A stretch of 64,000 nucleotides of DNA from NCBI GenBank assembly GCA_030704615.1, contig CM060731.1, forward strand, positions 74,338,001 to 74,402,000, written 5' to 3'. Origin of the DNA: Takakia lepidozioides (Eukaryota > Plantae > Bryophyta). Shown in pieces: positions 36,101-47,658 of the stretch. The notes under the pieces were generated by a model. That model was not told the origin of the DNA and ran no database searches. It worked only from the letters and a program-made list of their open reading frames with translations. The translations under genes and the position numbers were made by a program. Numbering within the stretch: the stretch's first letter is position 1; every line of letters starts with the position of its first letter.

Positions 36101-38347
36101 TGCTTGGCATTCTATGCAAGGGGAACCAGGTGCCGCTTTCTTCGTGGTAGTGATCAATTCTGAAGGCCAAGCATGTGATGAGAGCGGTGCACCACCGCTA
36201 CCGCCATTGTCTTGAAGAGCACAGTTATGAGGGGATGGAACGGCTCAACAGCTGCCAGGGCAGGTGAAGTGCTGGCTGGTGTGGATGGCAAATCAGGTTA
36301 TCTGTAATTAAAACTAGCTGCTTTCTGTCTTCTTGCTATTGGACCATATCAATGCTTAGGGGAGAATTGTACATATAGAAGGATAGGGTAGTTAGTTGGC
36401 AAGCGACAGGGTTACTGCCATGGGCTGAAACAGAGCCGTTATGACTCACTAAATGCTTGAATCGACGAATATCTGAAAGGTGGAGTGGCATAGCAATGAC
36501 AAGATCTGACATGCATAGATCTTTGTTTTTACAAACGTGGCATTCAGACGACAAGAGGAGTTAGGGTAGTTGCTGACAGAGATGGTGAGGTGCCATTTCG
36601 GATAGGTAATCCCACCGCTTCAGCTGGAGTATAAGGCTGCTAAGTTAATAGAGACAAGGGGGTTTTTTTTACGTAGATAGATGTCGCTGAAATGATTGAA
36701 GGCTCTGGAGTTAGTAGAGAGAGTATGAGAACGTTTTGAAAAATGGAATGGAGTGGTGGCTTGGGCTTCAAACCAGAATGGTGTAGAGAGGATGAGAGAT
36801 GATGCATGTCTTTGGGGAATGGTGATAGAAGGCAGATGCAGCCATCTACAATCAATGCATATATAGTGTTTGTCCTGCTTTTGATTTTATGATTCGGCAC
36901 ACTGAATCTGGAGCAAACTGTGCATCAGTGCTTAGAGTTAAACAAGTCTGCAAAATGAACAGTATAGGGAGATTCACCAAGGGAATCTGTGCACTTGCTA
37001 CAGGGTAGAAATGAGGGACAGGGTCTGTAACTATCAGCATAAGGTTATGAGAATGAGGAGAGATTCTGTTTGGGAGGAGAGAAAAGCTAAGAGATAAGGT
37101 GGTGTGTACTTATGATTCCAAGGAGGATTTTTGCGAAAGGTCTCCACTGGATGTGTGCCTTGGTATATTTGCATTGCATGAAGAGGGGTTGTCTGGTCTA
37201 ATATGGGCACTTGCATCAGAAAGGGAGAAAACATTGGGAAGAAGAGAGATCTGTTCAGCAAAAGAATGATGAAGGGAGGGCCAGTTGAGAGATAAAGGAA
37301 AGACCATGAGTTGCATAGAAATAGCAGACCTGCACTGTATGGTAGATCCATGTTACCTTGCATTTTCGGTGATTGCATGAGAACAAAGGGGGTTCAAGTA
37401 GATGCTACATGCAAATGATGAACTCATAGGCTGTCATTAACCCTCTGGTAAGCTGTTTTGAGTGACTGTATCAGCATGAAAACTAAGCATGGTGCAAGGC
37501 AGAACCCTAGTCAGGCCTGTTGCACTATGCAGGGAACACCTTCACTTGTCCCATCCATGTCTTCTCTTCCGCTGCGGCGTGGATGAGGGCTTTATGAACT
37601 CTGATCATAAACAGCATGGATGTAGCCAACCATGAGAGAGGGAGAACCAGAATACCAACAAGACCTTGGACTAAGAACTAGATTAGAATTAGACAGAAGG
37701 GGATATATGCCCCCTTCTTTTCACACTACAGTAGAATACTCCATCTTACAACACCCATGAGGGTATGCATTTTTTTTTCTTTTTTTTCTTTTCTAGTGGG
37801 CCTAATGCATCCCAATTTTATTTGTCAATCATGAAAATTAAGCACTAGGATCTCACACTATGCCAGGACCAACCATCATTGAGCTTTCCTCACGAAAGTT
37901 ACTTATGCACTTTTTTTTTCGTGGGCCCACCAAAAGGTAGCTCGTTGCTTAACCCCTAAATGCCCAGTGAGTAAGTTTGACTTTTCTGGAAAAAGTGACC
38001 CCGCGGTGAAATTTGGGCATAACTCCGTGGAAAAAAAGCATCTGCAATTCTGACCGGACAAAAGGTACTTAACTACCTGCTGCAGGCCAATCAGGTCTGA
38101 TCTCGCAAACCCCGCTGTTAGTAGTGGGGCCCATTTCGGACCCCTTTGCAAAAAAAATATGTATTTTGCTTTTTTGGATGACGATGAAAACCAATGGACC
38201 TGTCAGTTTGAGGCCTTCATCCCCAGGGGATGAAGCATCGGAGAAGATAAGAATGGTTGAAATTGGATAAAACCATAGCAAATGCCACGTGTGGCCGTGT
38301 CCATGTGCATGAGCAGCTCAAGCTGAAGAAACGAAGGTGATGGAGTA

Positions 38348-38680
38348 GGGAATTCCAAAAAGGTGTGAAATGCAGCGCAATTCACTTGATTAGATGCCAA
38401 TTTAATTGAACTAACCCTAATTTGCAATTCAATTGAATTGCCAACTGGCGATTCAATTGAATTGTAATCTATAATTTTTAACGCAGTTTTGTATATAATA
38501 TATATAATATATTATCATGTATATGTATATGTATATGTATCGTATACACATATACATACGAGAGTATAAGATGAATATACATGCTGGCCCGTCTATTCCT
38601 GCTGCCCGTCCATCCTTTGCTTGTGGTAAGGCCTAAGTCACGACATGAGTCGCTTAGCCTAAAGGAGAGATATATACTAG
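38348..38680. repeat. About 330-bp dispersed repeat, inverted copy of 50527-50849
   Basis: Near-identical reverse complement; shared spurious translation IYLSFRL.DSCRDLGLTTSKGWTGSRNRRA. Confidence 0.85.
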
Positions 38681-39423
38681 AGAGAGAGCGAGAGCGAGGG
38701 AAAGGGAGAGAGAAATGAAGTGATGAAGGGTTTTTAGGGCAGAGGTGCCCTAAAAGTGAAAGGATCAAATCAGTTGGAGGACGAGAAGTAACGAGAGAAG
38801 AATGCAACAACAAGTTTAGGGTTGAGCGGTGGTGGAGCGGTGGTGGCGCTATGTATGATGGAAGCCTTCTTGGATCACCAAATGACAAGATCTGCCCATG
38901 AGTAAGCACATTCCCATATTGGCATGAGTTCCCCCAATCATTGATAAAAATATCATTTTAGCTAAAGTTGTAGTTCTTGTGTACGTGCAGGTGACTCATG
39001 AGTTTTGAGGAGAGAACTTTAGGGGTAGTAGAGTGGGTTACCAAACGCTCCTCAACACACACACTGAAAGAAAGAGCTTGATCACATGGTTTGTCTTCAA
39101 CCTGCCCACACTGTGTACTGTGGTTTGCTAATACATTTTAGGATAGAGTAGTTGTTGTTTCAAAGTACATTTGGTTCATCTACTTGATAGCCTATGTGAA
39201 CTTTAGTGACGTAAGTCCTATGGGGAGTGTGTGAGTGGATGCAGTGACTACAGAATTAACAGCAAACAATTACAACAAGGGCAAGGTCGAAGGCATTGGC
39301 ACTGGGGCTATTAAGCAGAGATAAGACAGATCATGTGAGCATGGAAAACAACCATTTGGATGGTGACAAAGTAGTGGATGATTTAGTACTTTATGTGGAA
39401 GCAATGTTGAATGAGGTGCCACA

Positions 39424-40573
39424 ATGAAATCAATCGCCACTGCCCTTTCTTTTGATGATGTACGACCATTGAGAAGATTGCTATCAGAAGTCCAAGGGTC
39501 TCCTTTCAAAGTTCATCATGAATTGAGTGTCCAACGCTTGTGTGAAAAGATTCAAAAGTTACTTCCTATTGAAGAGAATGGGTCAAATTGGGGAATGAGA
39601 ACAGTGCAATCTGCCTTAAGGAGGTCAAATTGGCGGATTCCTCGAAGGAAGGTGGGGGAAGCTTTGAAAATCATCTCACCCTACCATTATGAGCGTAGGA
39701 GAAGGGCACAGGCAATTCGGAGGACTCAGTATAATGTGACAATGCCTATGGCTCTATGGCACATTGACTATAAGTATTTTATCTCATGCATCTTAATGTT
39801 CTTTGAAGATGCACATGCAAGACGTTTTCTTGTATTACATATCGCACAAAATTGTAGGCAAACTAAAACATGTATGCAATTCGTGGTGCAGCTTATGACA
39901 AATTGATTATGTTTGGTCTTCGAGTACATGCTGGCATTGATGGGGCCTCTCATTTTGTTTTATGGGCGAACGTTGCAAGAAACAAGAAAGAAAAAACCAT
40001 TTTCAAAGGATATCACGATGCAGTTTCCAAGTTTGGAGCACCTTTACGAATTCGATCTGATTTTGCAGTAGAGCACTCTCTTATAAAACAACACATTGAA
40101 GCCACACGTTCTGAAACACCCAATCCGTACTTGACTGGGTCTTCTACACACAATCAGGTTAGTGTTCTATACAATTCTATCTTGCATATCAACTTTACGT
40201 TTCTATCATATTTCTTGGTTTATCTTTATTAATCATTGAGTGTGTAATATTGTGCATATTCCTAATACTTTGTGTGGTGTAATCACCACGTTAGAGGATT
40301 GAACACTTTTGGCGGCATCTATGGGAGAAGGTAATGTTCTACTACAAAAATTGCTTCCAAGCAATGGTCAATGATGGATTATTGGATATGGACGATCCGT
40401 GGCAACGAGAATCTTTTATTGACGTATATATGCCCATACTACAAGAAGCTGTTGATGAATACGTGAAGATTTGGAATGGACATCGAGTTCGCACGATTAA
40501 TGAAAACGGTCGATATCGTCGATCACATGTTCCTGCTCGTTTCTTTCGCGAGTATGAACGTTTGCATGGGTAA
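39424..40573 (+). CDS. Intron-containing DDE integrase-core transposase (IS481/IS3EU-like)
   Basis: LWHID|AYDKLIMFGLRVHAGIDGASH ... FGAPLRIRSDFAVEH ... GSSTHNQ|RIEHFW ... WNGHRVR; D, D, E residues present; intron CAG|GTTAGT...TTAG|AGGATT in phase; first donor degenerate. Confidence 0.75.
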
Positions 40574-40730
40574 GCTCATGGTTTTCTCTTGTTTGTACTT
40601 TCATTGTTAAGCTACAATTTACATTGGAATGTTATTCTAATGTGGTGATGTGTTTGATCATGTAGATGGACCAGCCACCTTATTGATGACCCACGATTCA
40701 GGGAAGACCCCCGACACATTGGTAACCAAG

Positions 40731-41230
40731 NNNNNNNNNNNNNNNNNNNNNNNNNNNNNNNNNNNNNNNNNNNNNNNNNNNNNNNNNNNNNNNNNNNNNN
40801 NNNNNNNNNNNNNNNNNNNNNNNNNNNNNNNNNNNNNNNNNNNNNNNNNNNNNNNNNNNNNNNNNNNNNNNNNNNNNNNNNNNNNNNNNNNNNNNNNNNN
40901 NNNNNNNNNNNNNNNNNNNNNNNNNNNNNNNNNNNNNNNNNNNNNNNNNNNNNNNNNNNNNNNNNNNNNNNNNNNNNNNNNNNNNNNNNNNNNNNNNNNN
41001 NNNNNNNNNNNNNNNNNNNNNNNNNNNNNNNNNNNNNNNNNNNNNNNNNNNNNNNNNNNNNNNNNNNNNNNNNNNNNNNNNNNNNNNNNNNNNNNNNNNN
41101 NNNNNNNNNNNNNNNNNNNNNNNNNNNNNNNNNNNNNNNNNNNNNNNNNNNNNNNNNNNNNNNNNNNNNNNNNNNNNNNNNNNNNNNNNNNNNNNNNNNN
41201 NNNNNNNNNNNNNNNNNNNNNNNNNNNNNN
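40731..41230. other. Assembly gap (500 N)
   Basis: Run of N. Confidence 1.
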
Positions 41231-43429
41231 CTTCTGCCGCACATCTGGTGGACGTAGTGACGGCCACAACGGAGGACATCGACAGAGCAATCATGCAGCA
41301 AGCCACGTACTACAAGTTCCTGAGCGGCAAACAATGGGGCTTTGGGCGGACAGGGAGGAATTGTTGGTACGAACAGCTTCGAGGTCCAAGAATCCAGTGA
41401 AATGGCCGACAACATTGCGAGAGAAGATCAAAGGGACGCCTCTGCACCGCAGAGGTGAACACCTAGAGGGGACGTCCGGACTCGCCCTGTCAGGCGGAGG
41501 ATTGAAGAGGAACCCGGGTGCGAAGAGGATTCCTGGAGATCCGACAGGAACATTCGGACAGCACCTCGAGGTCCCGTCATGTTGCCGCACAATGTGTCTT
41601 CCAGCAGTGGAAGCCCAAGAAATTCCAGATCGCCGTCGCCTTCAACCGGGGATTTCGTGCAAGAAATTCCCACCGCTCCCTTGCCCCAGATTCCGCCCGC
41701 TGTTATGCAGTATGGCCAAGCCATTGTGGAGACGACTGTGTCTGCCTCACAGTGGAGAATTGCTCGCACAAAACCATCGTTTCGAGGAAGGTGTTCCGCA
41801 ATTCGTGTGGATACACGGCAACGTTGTTTAGAGATGATAAGGAGGAATCCAGATGGGGCTGTCCCTGCTCCTACTTTTACAGGAAGATTTGTCCATGCAA
41901 AGTTTGCGGAGGCAACAACCACCCAGTTCTGGTTCTGCAGGCACGACATTATGACTTGCATGTATGGAAAGCCCAAGTACGGCATACAAACAATGCCAGA
42001 GGCTCCCCCGGTGTGGCCGGTGGAACCAGGCTGCGATCTGAGTCAGGTTGAGGCCGACGCCCTTACCGCCGCAGGATTTCGGATGGTGCAGCGCACTGAC
42101 GTCCCCAGAGAACCATTTCCGCTTCCACAGCCTCCACCACCGACCCCTGTGAGAGCAAGAACAATGGGACACGACAGCTCTAAGCATCCTACACACCGTT
42201 GGGGGAAACCGAAGAGGCGGCGACCTCCCTCAAAAGTGAACGAGACAAGGATGGGGAATGCACTTTGGATGAATTGTACAATCCAGAGCTCGACAGAAGT
42301 GCCCCCACCAGGATTTGGGCGTGTGTATCAGATGGCCACGGCGGGCTCAGCTGTTCGCAATGAGGTGTACACCATCACCATTTCAGAATTACCCACCTGC
42401 AATTGCACCGACTTCCAGATCATGGCGAACAAGGGGGCATCATACTGCCCTTGCAAGCATTTGTACTACGTGTACCTAAAGAGACTCCGTTGTAATTCCA
42501 CAACTCATCACTTCATACATGCACCAGGGTTGAGCCCCCAGGAGGTTCACACTCTTCTGAATATGGATCCAGGGGACCAGTGAGCTTGGCTTGCGGTCCC
42601 CATACAATGGTACGCCCATCCTTTTCGGATAGTAGAACTGTACTGCTGCCAGTACCTCAGACTCTGGCCACAGAAAGGTCCGACATATGTCTTGCCTACC
42701 AGTAACCTGTTTTGCTCGAACTAAGATATTACTATATCGTTCACTTGTTTCCACGTGCATGTATTTTTGTATGTTGGAGGGTTCATGTTTTTCTGCTTTC
42801 CGAAAACTTGCTTTCCTCATTCGACCTCCGACAAGGAAATGCGGCGCCACATTTCCAAGTATCGTCGTAGGTACTGGTAGAGGCGGCCTTCGCCAACACC
42901 AAACCGCTCCGAAATTTCGCACGTGCGAACCCTAATGCGGCACCTTATTTCCCAGTTCAGTTGCAAACCTTTCCCGCCGAATACCCGAAGAAGACATAAT
43001 TGTGAAGTACTGCAGACTGTATTGGTGCACACTCCATTGGTTCAATCGCGGCAAAAGGGTCAGCTTCATTCCAATGTTAAGGCATGTAAAACCGCGGAAT
43101 ACTCTATACAGGCCAGTATGCGACGTCCTTTTGCAGTGGTATACTGGATTTCCCGTTGCACGGTCACTTATTTCCATGAGCGGATCTATAAAACCATGAG
43201 CGGACTTGTTACTGACGACATATCTTCGCCGCATTACATGATCTGGAACGTCCAAAAACGGCAAGGTCAAATAAAAAAAACTATTATTTTAATACTTGTT
43301 TAATCTGCCGCATTTCCAAATTTGGAGGAGTCCGCTCATGAAATCCGCGTATCTTAGACTTCGGCTCACCGCTCATGCGGCTCATGCGGCTCATGGCTCA
43401 TGGTTTCTGCTCATGAAATAGTAAACCTC
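41231..43429 (+). mobile_element. Mutator-like element copy C (diverged subfamily; right end only, left part lost in the gap)
   Basis: Transposase 3' part homologous to copy B; terminus GCTCATGAAATAGTAAACCTC ends at 43429 with GCTCAT repeats. Confidence 0.88.
41579..42583 (+). CDS. MULE transposase C-terminal region with SWIM finger
   Basis: SQWRIART..FRGRC..FWFCRHDIMTC..PTCNCTDF..CKHLYY, open through the sites that are broken in copies A and B. Confidence 0.85.
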   Translation: MLPHNVSSSSGSPRNSRSPSPSTGDFVQEIPTAPLPQIPPAVMQYGQAIVETTVSASQWRIARTKPSFRGRCSAIRVDTRQRCLEMIRRNPDGAVPAPTFTGRFVHAKFAEATTTQFWFCRHDIMTCMYGKPKYGIQTMPEAPPVWPVEPGCDLSQVEADALTAAGFRMVQRTDVPREPFPLPQPPPPTPVRARTMGHDSSKHPTHRWGKPKRRRPPSKVNETRMGNALWMNCTIQSSTEVPPPGFGRVYQMATAGSAVRNEVYTITISELPTCNCTDFQIMANKGASYCPCKHLYYVYLKRLRCNSTTHHFIHAPGLSPQEVHTLLNMDPGDQ

Positions 43430-43815
43430 TGGTGGGGTTGATAACACAGAATTTGTTGGGCACCGTTTCGTGTCTTGATGACACTGTTCTTCAGGTTTGC
43501 ATCTTCCCTAAGTGCTCCCTTATGAATTATTGACTTCAGTTGTGATTCACTACTCTATGTAAGGCGTGATCTCTTGCTTCCCTCTCTCTCTCACACACTA
43601 TAAACACACTAGAAAGTACAACAAGACACCGGCACAAATTGCGATGCACTGGGGCATTGAGCACAAGACAATTATCATTCCTAAGTCAGACAAGATGGAG
43701 AGATTGAAGTAGAACCTTGATGTTTTTGACTTTGAGTTGACCGATGATGATATCAAGCCCTTGACAAAAGCCTGCGCACCAACGACCCTGAGAAATTTTT
43801 GTGTATCAATCTCTT
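43430..43815 (+). pseudogene. Aldo-keto reductase (mannose-6-P reductase/S6PDH-like) 3' remnant
   Basis: GG..NTE..GTVSCLDDTVLQ|intron|KYNKTPAQIAMHWGIEHKTIIIPKSDKMERLK*NLDVFDFELTDDD..RTNDPEKF; IPKS motif; internal stop. Confidence 0.8.
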
Positions 43816-44823
43816 CTGAGGATGAGTTTGATTGGTGGGTGTTGCTTACAATCTAAATATGTTAGCATGTTTCATCTGCACCTTGAGACACTAACCAATT
43901 TCATACTGCCAAGCCTTTATAGTGCCAATATATGGCTATGTACATATACCAAACATGATACCACTGTAAGAGTATCAAAGTCTAAGAGTTGATATATTAA
44001 ACTCTTTATCGAACACACAGCCCAATTGCAACATGATACCTTTGTAAGGGTATCGAAACAAGATTATTGGAGATAATTCTCGAAATGAACATGTCTTTTG
44101 TTTTCTCTGGGGTTGTGTCATGGGGGCCAGATACTAGTGCCAGGGGAGTACATGATGATGCAGGGGAAGCCATTCATCAATTGTGAGGTTTGAAATTGTC
44201 TGTTTCTTTCAGACCTAGCCATATTTCTTTTGCCAGTGAATCAGAGGAAGTTGAAGCACTTCTGAGTAAGCCATCTGTCTCCCAAAGGGTCCCCCAAAAA
44301 ATGAGATGGAGCTAACCCTGGCATGCACATCAAACCCATTTAGCTCACAAGCAGTTTAAGGAGGTTTGCATAAACATTTGGCCAAGGTTTGAGGGCTTTG
44401 CCTCATTCCAACAACAGTATTTACCAAAGCACATAACGTGCTTGTAATAACACTTGGGCTGCATGTGGGGTTCATGGGATGCTGAATGGAAGTTGAGGAA
44501 TTTGAAAGGCTGGAGTGGGAATCGAGAGCATGAATGCTGAGCAGATCGGATGGTCGTCCAGGACCATATTCAAATTCCAAAAGCTGCAAGAAATGGAAAA
44601 CAACAAAATGCAGGTCAACTTCTCATGTATCCAGGCATTGCCGTGGACTCACTCACTCAATCACTGAGATTTAAATTAACTTAAGTCTGCAATATGACTG
44701 GTTACTCAGAATTTGGTTCTCAGTGTGAGTAAAATTGATTAAATTGATGCCCCTAAACTGAAACTCCATGTCAAATAGATATAAGAGCTGGTTGAAGGCA
44801 CTGTGTACTGGAGAAAAACCAAC

Positions 44824-44943
44824 CACATAGTCACAAAGGTCTAGATCGGCCACATCCTGAAGCATCGACTGCCTGTTTCGCAGCTGTTGAATGGCTTCTA
44901 GTGGGTTTGGCACAATCACGTCTGGATACTTCTGCTTAAAATC
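44824..44943 (-). pseudogene. Isolated exon of an inositol-tetrakisphosphate 1-kinase-like gene
   Basis: tag|DFKQKYPDVIVPNPLEAIQQLRNRQSMLQDVADLDLCD resembles the plant ITPK segment HPEV.VLDP..AI..L.NRQSMLQDVADL.L; neighbouring ITPK exons not seen. Confidence 0.7.
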
Positions 44944-45382
44944 CTACAAATGCACAAGCACCAGATCAGCAACATGGCCAAAGAGTAAGTGAATTGGACT
45001 CCCAATGTACCCATTTACATGCTTAATCCTAAAGCAGTCACTGTATCCACAGCCTCAAAATATGTACATAGCCTCGGCCTACAACTTTTATGTTGTATGC
45101 ACCCATTTAGCAAAGGTTCCTGGGAGCTATACTTGAGGCTAGGAAAACCACCCGGCGCCTACACAGCCTGCAAACCACATTCCTCTAGGTAGGACAATAG
45201 CGACATAGCCTCCCTACAATGGAGTAGTGTAGTCCGTATCTTTGTACCATTATTTGGGCACTTTTCTTAGGCAACTAGAATGTCAAAAAGAGAGTAAGAA
45301 GAAACACACAAACAAGTCTCAGAATTTTCTCCATACTTACAAGGTGAAGGTAGCCAAAAAAGAGGCCCTGATTCGATTTGTT

Positions 45383-47011
45383 CTACATTCCTTCCTCTTC
45401 ATCATCATCATGCTCCTCCTCCTCCTCCTCCTCCTCATCTGCATCGTCGTCATTTGTTTCTTCCTCCTCTCCCTCATCTCCTCCATCATTGTTTGTCCCT
45501 TCTTCATCCTCCGTGTTTGCATTGTCGTCATTGTCTAGTTTCTTGTCTACACAACATGGAAACAAAGTACACATCTTAGAGTCCAATTGGCATGTTGAAT
45601 AGAAACATAGCATGAAATATTTGACAAGTGAACACTCACACTTTTCACTTTTCTTGTAGCGCTCGGTCGCTAAAGCACACGCTTTGGCACGAAGGGGATC
45701 CACGAATCTCCACTTCTCCATCTCTGCATTGACGTACGTCTTGACAAACTCTGCCTTTGTCAATGTGAACACCAACGATCTACAAATTATTTAGTCACAA
45801 GGGTTAGTTTGAAATCGCACTGATTGGTGAACACATGTACGATATAAACAAGAAGTATGCAAAGGCAGAATAATACCTTTGTTTGCAGCTTTCTTCCTCA
45901 TGGTAGGTTAGCAAGCTGTTGGCCACCTCTTTTCGCAACTTGCGACGAGGCATCTTCCAGTAATCCTTGCCATCCCTATAGATTCTTTTCATCCGTGCCA
46001 AGTCTTGCTTGTAACCCCTAATCAGTTTGTACTGAGCAAGTTTGTTCCTCACCCACTTACCAGTCGCATTCGCACCCACGATATCATCCAAGGTCTTAGC
46101 TGATAAATCGCCCCCTCCCCATTTGCGAATCCCGAAGTGGTCGTACACATCTTCATCGAACAATGTTGCCAACAATGGTGCTTGCTTGCTCTTGCTTTCC
46201 ATGGCCATAGAACCACCTTGTGCCATTTCCCACAGTCGCTCCGCTTTCAATTTGAACCTGTAACGCGCCTTGTTCTCATACACCCTCTTTCTCTTATCTG
46301 CATCCCCATAGATCTTCATGTTCGTTCTATGGTAATTTTGTTTTCTCTTCTTCCCATCCGTAGGGCGACCAGGCTTACCTGGAAGGAGGCGAGGACCTCC
46401 ACACTTTACCACAAGGTGGTTTTGGAAGTTATGTTTGTCCTTCCAACCCATGGAAGGTCCTTCGCCGCAGATCAAACAAAACCAATGTCCATTCTCCCGT
46501 TTGTAGTGCACCCCCTCTTGTGCAAACGAACCACCTAAATAACATAGATAGTGGATGTGTGAAATTAGGCATACCAGGGTTTTAGAAATGGAGATTCACC
46601 TACATGATGATACCTTTGTAAAGATATTTGTCTCTAGGCATCTATTATACTTCTGTGTTTTAGCACTACACCTATCCTGCACATAATGCACATACCTCTG
46701 TACAGAAAAGACACCTTTTAATACCTCTGTGGAAGTAAAGACGTTGCATACAATCCAAGCAATAAAAGAATGAAAATGTACTTGAAACTAGGAATCCCCT
46801 AGGAGTCCCAAGAGTTGTAAATAAGCATGAACTTACTTCCTTGCCCTCCTAGCACTCCTTGCCCTCCTCCTGTACGCGCCGGCTCTGTCGAGGTAACAGG
46901 AGTTGGTACGACGTCACTGTTTGCTACAACAGACACAACGCAAGATGAAGGGGCTTCATGACGTCTTGACTTCACTTTGATACGCTTCACTGTTATGTTG
47001 GATCTTCCCAT
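45383..47011 (-). CDS. Uncharacterised 4-exon gene, about 380 aa, C2HC-type zinc finger and acidic tail
   Basis: ATG 47011; three GT-AG introns all phase-compatible (A|GT, AG|A, T|AC); WFCLICG...NFQNHLVVKC; D/E-rich C-terminus; no internal stops seen. Confidence 0.6.
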
Positions 47012-47658
47012 GTTTAGATACCTTCCTGTCTCCTGGAAAAAACAATGTTGTTTGAAAAGCTCGGTGCTCTGAGCTCGTAGCACTGGACCCCTATTCCTAT
47101 CTTCACAAAAAGACCATGTTGTTATAGGGCAGAGAACACACCCTGAAGTTGTCTACTGCTGCCTGCAAGCTCTTGAGATGTGGTTCTTTTTTTAGCAGAT
47201 TGGCCAGCAACCTAATATTGCGGAGACAATAAACACTCAACAGTCACACTGACCATGAACCTAAACTTAATTCCAAGCATTACAGACGAGCCATGACACA
47301 AACACTAACCCCTTCACTCCAATTGTTCTTCATGTGTTTTGCTCACAGACTAGTTTACCAGTTAGGGCCTTCTTGCTCACATCTTCAAAGAATACAAGCA
47401 CTGCAAACACATGTTGCTGGCTAGCAAGGTTCAAGTCACACCCTTCCAATGGAAATGACAGCAGAAACAAAATGAAGCCGCCCAACTCCCTAAACTCATT
47501 TCCAAACATTGTTAACCATGCTGAGCACCACATCTGAAATAAGCATGTCTCAGATTGATTTAGATATGTACCTTGTCACGAGTGGTGCATGTAGCTTCCC
47601 TGTACCCACAGTAAACCCTGACTATTGTTACAATTTGCACAAAAGCTTGTCAAGTAAC

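Noticed and set aside
33817-37400. Coding-like minus-strand sequence, possibly a decayed retroelement or TE gene
   Set aside because: Many stops and no motif I can identify with confidence.
40612-41831. Long ORFs spanning the N run
   Set aside because: Artefacts of the 500-N gap; adjacency of the two sides is unverified.
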